From Caldilineales bacterium (GTDB taxonomy: Bacteria > Chloroflexota > Anaerolineae > J102), in NCBI GenBank assembly GCA_024102915.1, contig JAGFJG010000001.1, positions 45,554 through 109,553 on the forward strand: a stretch of DNA of 64,000 bases. The letters run 5' to 3'. Positions 1 to 6,786 of the stretch are shown here, piece after piece. Positions within the stretch are counted from its first letter, which is position 1. Each line of letters begins with the position of its first letter. The notes below the pieces were generated by a model. It was not told where the DNA came from. It ran no database searches and saw only the letters and a program-made list of their open reading frames with translations. Made by a program: the position numbers and the translations under genes.

Positions 1-1602
1 GATGAGGACAATGCCCATCAAATAGCTGGCGATCATCCCGCGGAACCCGGCGAACTTGAGCGATTTCGCCTCGGACGAGTGGGGATCGATCCCTCGTTTT
101 TCCAGCACGTCCTTTCGCACAAAGAAGACCGCTGTGCTGGTGATAATGAAGGCGCTGACGAAACCGAAAGCATAGTAGGCTTCCACCACCGTCACCTGTC
201 GGATGATCGGGATCAGCACTGCCGATATCGCCCAGATGACGGCGATGCCGATGCGGTCGTCCGTAAAAAAGGCTGGGAGCCTGCCCAGGCGGGCGGCATT
301 GGCGGCGACGGCGGCGCCTCCGACATAACCGCCACCCTGGGCCAATAGAAGGATGATGGCGAGAAGAACGCCGGCAACGATCAAAAAGGTGCCGCCAAAG
401 GTGTCGGTCAGAGCGTCATTGATGGCGCGAGAAACGGCAATGCTTTTCGATACCGCCGACACATATTCTTCTCGTGGCGGCGGCGCAGTCACTTCGAGTT
501 CTGTCGGCTCGCCCAGAAGCTCTTGTTGCGCGACATGAGCGGGCAAGGCAACATACATTTCCGTGGCGGCAGCCGTATCAGCGGGGGTTACGATCACATC
601 CTCTTCAGAGACGCCGCCGCCCAAAACCTGAGTCGCCACGATCTCATATTCGATCAGCAGCGTGCTATACCCTTCCGTCGCTGGCACCTTCCACTGTTGG
701 GCGGCGAATAGCTGCACGATGCCGGTGCCGATCAAGAACACGGCTGCCAGGGTCAGGGCGACGCTGATCACCTTCCATTTGGGGCGGGCGGCATGTTTGC
801 CGCTGGCCGGAATCACCTCATAGCCCGAAAAGCCCAACATTGCGCTCGACATCGAACGGAAGAACAACTGGAAGATGAGCACTGTGCCTAAAGTGGCCAT
901 GTCCTGTTGAACGCGCACGACATGGTCGACAACGCCAGTCAGTTGCAGGCGGCTGACGATGCCCTCTGTCAGAAACGCCCAATCCGGATTGGCCACCGAA
1001 GTCACCCCCACAATCCCCAATGCGACGATGGTAAACAGGGTAAACAATCCGCCCCCGATCAGAAACAGGGGCACTGCCCGCTGCGGCCCCATGGCCACCA
1101 GAATCGCCATGATGAAAAATGCGAATGATTCCGCCAATATAATGCGATAGGGCGCCATTTCCGGCAGCACAAGCATGGTTACGTCAGACGCCGATATCGA
1201 GCTGATGATGATGGTCAGGATGGCGTCCAGGAAGAATAGACTTGTGCCGACCCACGACAACCAGCGCATCCACGAGGGGCCAATTGCTTCCACCATGGGG
1301 CCGCTGCCGCCAGCGTTCGGGCGCAAGTACGCACCGGCTTTATAGGCCGGTACAATGCCCAGAAACAGAAGGACGGACAACAGGATAAAGGCCCAGATGG
1401 CGATCTGGTGATATCCGCCTGCGCCGTAGATCGCCAGCAGGGTCTGGTATGCGGCCACGCTGAACGCGTCGGCGGCGATTTCGAAGATAAGCGCAAGCAC
1501 GCCGAGGCCGGCGCCGCCCAACAGCAGACCTTCAAGCATGAGTCGCGGCAACTGTTTTTTTGCTTCGGCCGCCTCAATGGGATTGACGTAACTTTTCAGC
1601 AT
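1..1602 (-). CDS. Multi-pass membrane permease, APC (amino acid/polyamine/organocation)-like; 3' end lies beyond the window
   Basis: Absent from the ORF track because it has no in-window stop. The minus-strand frame is open from ATG (1602-1600, GGGAG about 9 nt upstream) to base 1 (534 codons). Hand translation MLKSYVNPIEAAEAKKQLPRLMLEGLLLGGAGLGVLALIFEIAAD...GFVSAFIITSTAVFFVRKDV is a series of hydrophobic helices with one soluble insert. The family call rests on general resemblance only. Confidence 0.6.
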   Translation of the reverse strand, partial: MLKSYVNPIEAAEAKKQLPRLMLEGLLLGGAGLGVLALIFEIAADAFSVAAYQTLLAIYGAGGYHQIAIWAFILLSVLLFLGIVPAYKAGAYLRPNAGGSGPMVEAIGPSWMRWLSWVGTSLFFLDAILTIIISSISASDVTMLVLPEMAPYRIILAESFAFFIMAILVAMGPQRAVPLFLIGGGLFTLFTIVALGIVGVTSVANPDWAFLTEGIVSRLQLTGVVDHVVRVQQDMATLGTVLIFQLFFRSMSSAMLGFSGYEVIPASGKHAARPKWKVISVALTLAAVFLIGTGIVQLFAAQQWKVPATEGYSTLLIEYEIVATQVLGGGVSEEDVIVTPADTAAATEMYVALPAHVAQQELLGEPTELEVTAPPPREEYVSAVSKSIAVSRAINDALTDTFGGTFLIVAGVLLAIILLLAQGGGYVGGAAVAANAARLGRLPAFFTDDRIGIAVIWAISAVLIPIIRQVTVVEAYYAFGFVSAFIITSTAVFFVRKDVLEKRGIDPHSSEAKSLKFAGFRGMIASYLMGIVLI

Positions 1603-1709
1603 GGGTGGGTACTCCCTGGACGCAATAGTGATTCAAAACGTGGCATTATCGCGCTGATCTCGCATCCAGAATAATCCAGATTCCAATCCAGGGTCTTCGT
1701 TCTGTCGAT

Positions 1710-1743
1710 CAAAAACACCCTGTCATTGAGCAACGGCAGGGTG
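1710..1743 (-). terminator. Intrinsic terminator downstream of acr3
   Basis: On the minus strand: CACCCTG, a 14-nt loop, CAGGGTG, then TTTTTG. It lies about 105 nt past the acr3 stop. Confidence 0.55.
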
Positions 1744-1848
1744 TCGAGCCCTCTTTAACAACCCTCCATACTTATCGTTACCCCTCACCCATTATCTTAC
1801 CTCCGTCGCGCCTCGTAAACATCGGGATTTTTCCGACCGCTCATGAAC

Positions 1849-3006
1849 TTACCGGGGTAATTGTTCTGGCGGAGGGCACGCTTCGTTAGCAGCAGCAAGC
1901 ACGGCGGCTGGCGCCGGTTGCAAAGTTTGACCAAAGTAGCGGCGTTGGAAGCGCAACGCCACGTTCACTAAAAGAATCATCACGGGCACTTCGATCAACG
2001 GGCCGATTACGGCGGCAAAGGCGACGCCTGAACTGATGCCAAAAACAGCCACCGCTACGGCAATGGCTAACTCGAAATTGTTGCTGGCTGCGGTGAACGC
2101 CATGGTCGTGGTCGTGGTGTAATCCGCCCCAACCTTATGCCCCATCCAAAAACTGACCAAAAACATCAATACGAAATAGATGGCCAGGGGAATAGCGATG
2201 AGCGCCACATCCTGTGGTATCTGCACGATCAACTCACCCTTCAGGCTGAACATGATCAGGATGGTGAAGAGCAAAGCGATCAGGGTGATGGGACTGATGC
2301 GGGGGATAAATTGCGTCTCGTACCATTCCTGGCCTTTTGCCCGCAGGAGGATGAAACGAGTTGCGAAGCCTGCAATCATGGGGATGCCCAAATAAACGAA
2401 CACAGTCTTCGCCAGTTCGCCTATACTGATATCGACGGTCATTCCTGAGCCTGCCAGACCGAGGGCGCCAGGCAGTACGGTGATGAAAATGTAGGCATAA
2501 ACGCTGTAGAAAAGCACCTGGAAGACGCTATTAAATGCGACCAATCCAGCAGCATATTCTGTGTCGCCATGCGCCAGTTCGTTCCACACAATCACCATGG
2601 CAATGCAGCGAGCCAATCCGATCAAGATCAACCCAACCATATATTCCGGATAGTTGTGTAAGAAAATCACCGCCAGAACGAACATCAGGATTGGCCCGAC
2701 CACCCAGTTCTGCACGAGCGATAGCCCCAATACCCTGGTATTTCGGAATACCTCAGGCAATCGCTCATATTTCACCTTGGCAAAGGGCGGGTACATCATG
2801 AGGATCAGGCCGATGGCGATGGGGATGTTGGTCGTGCCCACCTGAAACTGGTTGATGAATCCCTCGACGCCGGGTACGAAGTAGCCAATGGCAATGCCGA
2901 TGCCCATTGCCAGAAATATCCACAGCGTCAGATACCGATCCAGGGTGGAAAGACCTTTTGGGGATGGAGCGGCTATTGCTGCCGGCTGAGAAATTGCATC
3001 TGTCAT
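1849..3006 (-). CDS. acr3: ACR3-family arsenite efflux permease
   Basis: 385-aa ORF with about 10 TM helices. Family-typical strings are [43 protein letters not shown] and [13 protein letters not shown]. It lies directly downstream of arsR on the same strand. Confidence 0.9.
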   Translation of the reverse strand: MTDAISQPAAIAAPSPKGLSTLDRYLTLWIFLAMGIGIAIGYFVPGVEGFINQFQVGTTNIPIAIGLILMMYPPFAKVKYERLPEVFRNTRVLGLSLVQNWVVGPILMFVLAVIFLHNYPEYMVGLILIGLARCIAMVIVWNELAHGDTEYAAGLVAFNSVFQVLFYSVYAYIFITVLPGALGLAGSGMTVDISIGELAKTVFVYLGIPMIAGFATRFILLRAKGQEWYETQFIPRISPITLIALLFTILIMFSLKGELIVQIPQDVALIAIPLAIYFVLMFLVSFWMGHKVGADYTTTTTMAFTAASNNFELAIAVAVAVFGISSGVAFAAVIGPLIEVPVMILLVNVALRFQRRYFGQTLQPAPAAVLAAANEACPPPEQLPR

Positions 3007-3043
3007 GGCTAGCCTCCTGCTTGTACTTAGACTGTGCCATAAA

Positions 3044-3063
3044 AGTTCAATGGATATTGAACT
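3044..3063. promoter_or_regulatory. Candidate ArsR operator O1 (8-4-8 palindrome) in the arsR-acr3 spacer
   Basis: AGTTCAAT-ggat-ATTGAACT is a perfect inverted repeat 38 nt upstream of the acr3 start. It is closely related to the site at 3466-3485. Confidence 0.5.
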
Positions 3064-3082
3064 ATTTACTCAAAAAAATGCA

Positions 3083-3454
3083 TCAACCATTTGTGAACGC
3101 CCAATCCGCGGCAGGTTCGGCACGAAATTTGGGGCCGCACTGGGGATGTCGTGACCGAATCCGTTCAGGGTCGAGAAATCCGCCAAACACTGCGATGAGT
3201 TCGGTCAGCGCCCGGCGATTGAGAGAGTAATAAACCCAGCGGGCATCTTCGGTATCGCGCTCGACATCGACCAGGCCTGCCTCCCGCAAGACACGCAAAT
3301 GATGCGAGATCAGATTCTTCGGCATATCAAGTTGATCTCCCAACTCGCAGTTACATTGCACGCCTTCCATGAGAAGATCGACGATCCGCAATCGTTTGGG
3401 ATCAGCCAAAACTTTGAGTTGAGTCGCAAGCGCTTCCGATGTCTTTGAATTCAT
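3083..3454 (-). CDS. arsR: ArsR/SmtB-family metalloregulator
   Basis: 123 aa. Winged-helix signature LADPKRLRIVDLL...CNCELGDQL...LISHHLRVLREAGLV...RWVYYSL. A C-x-C pair (CNC) sits where As(III)-sensing ArsR proteins carry CVC. It lies upstream of acr3. Confidence 0.9.
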   Translation of the reverse strand: MNSKTSEALATQLKVLADPKRLRIVDLLMEGVQCNCELGDQLDMPKNLISHHLRVLREAGLVDVERDTEDARWVYYSLNRRALTELIAVFGGFLDPERIRSRHPQCGPKFRAEPAADWAFTNG

Positions 3455-3465
3455 GGCAAACCATT

Positions 3466-3485
3466 AGTTCAATATTGGTTGAATT
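3466..3485. promoter_or_regulatory. Candidate ArsR operator O2, upstream of arsR
   Basis: AGTTCAAT-attg-GTTGAATT; the reverse complement is AATTCAAC-caat-ATTGAACT. It shares the ATTGAACT half-site and the 8-4-8 spacing with O1. It starts 12 nt upstream of the arsR start codon, in the divergent promoter region. Confidence 0.45.
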
Positions 3486-3530
3486 ATATTCACCGGATGC
3501 GAAAGCACAAATCCGGGATCGTGATGTTCC

Positions 3531-3558
3531 TGTAACGTTTTCGCATTCTACCCGTTGA
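3531..3558 (+). promoter_or_regulatory. Candidate ECF-type promoter (TGTAAC-N16-CGTTGA) upstream of the repeat-protein/sigma/anti-sigma genes
   Basis: The sequence fits the common ECF pattern of an AAC-containing -35 box, a 16-nt spacer and a CGT -10 box. It is a pattern match only. Confidence 0.25.
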
Positions 3559-3641
3559 TCACACAGAACCGCTTCTCCCCAAATCGTTTTCCCAGCCACC
3601 GGCCCTGCTTGGGCCAACCCCCATCTTGGAGGAACCAAGAA

Positions 3642-4487
3642 ATGAAACAGCGAAATCGAAAGTTGACCAGAGGATTGATTTTCCTGCTCACCCTGGCGCT
3701 ATTGCTCGCCCCTCTCACCGCATTCGCCCAGGGCGGCGACGAACATGGCGGCCGCCATCCCCAGCCCAAGCCCTGGCGGCTGACCGGCACGATCACGGCC
3801 ATGCCCAATGATGGCGTCATCGGCGAATGGGCGATCGATGACCAGCCATTTATGGTCGAAGAACGAACCCGAATTGACGAAGGAATGGGCGTGCTGTCCG
3901 TGGGTGCGCATGCCACGGCGCAAGGGGTTGTGCGCGGCGATCAGCAGATCGCAACGCTGGTCAAAGCTCTGCCCCTTTGTGAAGAATGCCCCTGCGGCCC
4001 CGAAGCGCGCTGGCGACTGGTGGGCGAGATCGATGCCATGCCCTCCACTGAGGATATGACTGGCGTCTGGGTCATCGCCGGGCAGGAGGTTCAGGCGACT
4101 GTAGAAACTACTTTCCGCCCAGGTGATTCCGAATTCGCCGTCGGCGTGCTGGTCGTCAGCGCCGGGACATTCGACGTTGATGGCAATCGCATCGCCAAAG
4201 TGATCGGCATCCTGCCGCAGCGTCCGGGCCACACCCACCGGCCGGGCGCAGGCTGGCAGCTTCTCGGTGAGATCGAGAGTATGCCCGGCGAGGGTCTTGT
4301 CGGCAATTGGGTCGTGGCAGGACAGAGTTTCTCGACCACCGAAAGCACCTCGTTCGGCAAACACCCCGAAGCGTTCGAAGTAGGCGCTATCCTCCAGGCT
4401 GTCGGCTACTTCGATGACGGCGGGAATGCCGTGGCTCATCGCCTCAACGCTGTACGAGTCGGCGATGGCGACTGCCCTACTGATTAA
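3642..4487 (+). CDS. Secreted protein with three tandem ~80-aa repeats (DUF5666-like)
   Basis: The track ORF starts at 3555, but ATG 3642 follows a GGAGG and opens a signal peptide MKQRNRKLTRGLIFLLTLALLLAPLTAFAQG. Three repeats start at W codons 3774, 4011 and 4254: WRLTGTITAMPNDGVIGEWAIDDQPF, WRLVGEIDAMPSTEDMTGVWVIAGQEV and WQLLGEIESMPGEGLVGNWVVAGQSF. Confidence 0.8.
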   Translation: MKQRNRKLTRGLIFLLTLALLLAPLTAFAQGGDEHGGRHPQPKPWRLTGTITAMPNDGVIGEWAIDDQPFMVEERTRIDEGMGVLSVGAHATAQGVVRGDQQIATLVKALPLCEECPCGPEARWRLVGEIDAMPSTEDMTGVWVIAGQEVQATVETTFRPGDSEFAVGVLVVSAGTFDVDGNRIAKVIGILPQRPGHTHRPGAGWQLLGEIESMPGEGLVGNWVVAGQSFSTTESTSFGKHPEAFEVGAILQAVGYFDDGGNAVAHRLNAVRVGDGDCPTD

Positions 4488-4659
4488 CCCGTGAACCCCA
4501 AACAAACATGATCACTCAGCCCTCGCCCTCCGCATTACACTTGCAGAAGGCGAGGGCATGTTGCATCTATCACAAGTCGGACGTCATACTGGATAGACCT
4601 CAAACTGGCTGCACCAATCTTCGCATCATCCATCACCCAACGCCGATCTTCTGGAAAAA

Positions 4660-5238
4660 GTGTCGTCATCGCCTCCAACCCCCGCCGAGCGTGATCTGAT
4701 TCAGGCTGCGCAGCGCGGCGATAAGCTGGCCTTCGCACAACTTTACGACCTTCATGTCGATGCCATCTATCGATATGTGCTGCTGCGCGTGCCCACCTTG
4801 GAGCAGGCGGAAGATGTGACCGAGGATGTTTTCCTGAAAGCCTGGCTGGCGTTGACAGATTATCGCCCGCAACGGCCTTTCCGGCACTGGCTGTTCCGCA
4901 TCGCCCACAATCGCGCTATGGACGAATTCCGACAAAAAAGCGTGCACGACGATTCGCTCGAGGCCATGCAGGAAGGCGGGATGCAGGTGGCGGCATCCGC
5001 AGCGCCGATGGTGGCGCATACTATCCGCCAGGAAGAGATCGCAGCCCTGCGCCAAGCCCTGACCACCATGTCGCCCGACGAGCAGACGTTGTTGACTCTG
5101 CGTTTTACCGAAGGCCTTTCCTTTCAGGAAATCGCACCCATCCTCGACAAAAGCGAGGGCGCCTGCCGGGTTCTGCAGCATCGGGCGCTGAAAAAACTGG
5201 CCCAAATTCTCAGCCCAATCCGCGAGGCGGCGGCATGA
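4660..5238 (+). CDS. ECF (sigma-70 family group 4) RNA polymerase sigma factor
   Basis: GTG start. Region 2 reads DLHVDAIYRYVLLRV...AEDVTEDVFLKAW...FRHWLFRIAHNRAMDEFR. Region 4 reads LTLRFTEGLSFQEIAPILDKSEGACRVLQHRALKKL. Confidence 0.9.
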   Translation: MSSSPPTPAERDLIQAAQRGDKLAFAQLYDLHVDAIYRYVLLRVPTLEQAEDVTEDVFLKAWLALTDYRPQRPFRHWLFRIAHNRAMDEFRQKSVHDDSLEAMQEGGMQVAASAAPMVAHTIRQEEIAALRQALTTMSPDEQTLLTLRFTEGLSFQEIAPILDKSEGACRVLQHRALKKLAQILSPIREAAA

Positions 5239-6524
5239 ACGAGCAACAAATCCTGGAAACATGTCTGGCCAAAATGGCCGCTGGCGTCTCCATGGATGAC
5301 TGTCTGACAGCCTATCCGCAGCAGGCAGCCACGATAGGCCCCATGCTGCATGCCGCTCAGCAATTGCAGGCTTTGGGCGATCTCGTCGCGCCGCCGGAAT
5401 TCCGTAATGTCACGCGTGTGCGTTTGCTCAATCAGATGGACGCTCTGCCGCCGCAGCCGCAGGCCAAGCAGGCGGCGAGCGCACAGCCACATGTTTGGCG
5501 ACCTGCGCTGGCCCCGGCTTGGGCGCGGGCGTTGGCGATGTCGGTGATCATCGTCGTGGGTTTGTTGCTCTCGGCCTACGCCGTTGAAGCCGCCCTGCCC
5601 GGAGACCGGCTGTACGCAGCCAAGCTGGCAGGCGAGAATGTGATTTTGGCGCTCAGCCCCAGCCAGCCGGATTTGCAACTGCGATTGGCGCGGCGTCGCT
5701 TGCAGGAGATAGAATCACTCCAGGCGCAAAATCGCCATCAACAGACCCCTGTCGCCCTGGCCCGATACCGGCAGCTTATGGCTTTGTGGCAACAGTCACG
5801 GGCGCTGGATGAGAATGCTCGCGGGCAGGCCTCGGTCAGGATTCAGGTGCAGATCGACCTGTTGCGCAAACTCGAACAGGCCGCACCGCAGCAGCAAACC
5901 AAGCTGTTCGCCGACGAACGACAGGAAGTGCAACGCTTGCTGGCCGACCCGGAACCGGATCATGGCATTACCACGCCGCCGTCCTCACCCACGCCAACAA
6001 CCACACCGACAGCCACATCCACGCCAACGGTCAAGGCAGCGCCGATACTGAAGGATGGCCCGGAAGGCAGGACGTCGCCCACGATTCCACCCACAGCGCG
6101 GGTCACGCCGACCCATACCAGGACTCCCCACGACACGCCGCCGCCGCCCATCCACACTCGTCACCCCGAACGCACACCCGATCCGAACCGAACGTCTCTC
6201 CTCACCCGCACGCCTCCGCCTCTACGAACCCCTGAACACACACCGCCGCCCACACGCACACCTGACCCTCATCATACGCCCCCTCCGACCCGCAGCCCCG
6301 AACATACACCGCCCCCCACTCGGAACCCTGAGCGTACGCCGCCGCTGCGCACTCCTGATCCTGAACGCACGCCTCAGCACACACCCGATCCAAATCGACC
6401 GCCCCTCCCCACGCATACGCCCGAACCAACCCATACCCCGCCGCCATCGACGCCCGATCCCGAACAACCGCCGCCGCGCCGAACGCCTCATCATGAGCGC
6501 ACACCGCACCCCAGGGGCGGTTAG
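5235..6524 (+). CDS. Single-pass anti-sigma-factor-like protein with a Pro/Thr/His-rich extracytoplasmic tail
   Basis: The ATG overlaps the sigma-factor stop (ATGA), which suggests translational coupling. It has a small N-terminal cytoplasmic domain, one TM (WARALAMSVIIVVGLLLSAYAV), then a helical segment LPGDRLYAAKLAGENVILAL...RRRLQEIESL (DUF5667-like), then a long low-complexity tail. Confidence 0.75.
   Translation: MNEQQILETCLAKMAAGVSMDDCLTAYPQQAATIGPMLHAAQQLQALGDLVAPPEFRNVTRVRLLNQMDALPPQPQAKQAASAQPHVWRPALAPAWARALAMSVIIVVGLLLSAYAVEAALPGDRLYAAKLAGENVILALSPSQPDLQLRLARRRLQEIESLQAQNRHQQTPVALARYRQLMALWQQSRALDENARGQASVRIQVQIDLLRKLEQAAPQQQTKLFADERQEVQRLLADPEPDHGITTPPSSPTPTTTPTATSTPTVKAAPILKDGPEGRTSPTIPPTARVTPTHTRTPHDTPPPPIHTRHPERTPDPNRTSLLTRTPPPLRTPEHTPPPTRTPDPHHTPPPTRSPEHTPPPTRNPERTPPLRTPDPERTPQHTPDPNRPPLPTHTPEPTHTPPPSTPDPEQPPPRRTPHHERTPHPRGG
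6120..6521 (+). repeat. Coding low-complexity periodic repeat (TP-E/D-x-TPPPTR units) in the anti-sigma tail
   Basis: RTPEHTPPPTR TPDPHHTPPPTR SPEHTPPPTR NPERTPPLR TPDPERTPQH TPDPNRPPLPTH TPEPTHTPPPS TPDPEQPPPRR TPHHERTPHPRGG. The imperfect 9-12-aa periodicity is visible at DNA level as ACNCCNCC runs. Confidence 0.8.
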
Positions 6525-6539
6525 ACCTTCAAACTACCC

Positions 6540-6731
6540 ATGACTTCGCCAACCGACTCCAAGCCGCCATCACCCGATTCCGAAATCGACCGCCTGGAAA
6601 CCGAGATCGCCGAGCTCAAAAGCCAGTTCCCTAAACACTCACTGCCGCCAGCCCTGCTCCTCCGTCTGGAAGAATTGGAGGACGAACTGAAGACATTGTT
6701 GGCGCAGCAAACTGCAACGAACGAAGATTAA
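6540..6731 (+). CDS. Small acidic coiled-coil protein, function unknown
   Basis: 63 aa, MTSPTDSKPPSPDSEIDRLETEIAELKSQFPKHSLPPALLLRLEELEDELKTLL. It starts 13 nt after the anti-sigma stop. Its composition is not GC-artefact-like. No Shine-Dalgarno sequence is seen. Confidence 0.5.
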   Translation: MTSPTDSKPPSPDSEIDRLETEIAELKSQFPKHSLPPALLLRLEELEDELKTLLAQQTATNED

Positions 6732-6786
6732 CCACAACTCCCCATCTCCCGTCGTGGGAAAGGGGGCAGGGGGGTGAGGGAAACCA

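Noticed and set aside
3699-4505. 268-aa minus-strand ORF
   Set aside because: It is antisense to the triple-repeat secreted protein. The plus frame has a signal peptide and a clear internal repeat structure, and the minus frame has neither.
5124-5678. 184-aa minus-strand ORF spanning the sigma/anti-sigma junction
   Set aside because: It is antisense to two genes with clear family motifs and ATGA coupling. The Arg/Gln/His-rich translation has no motifs.
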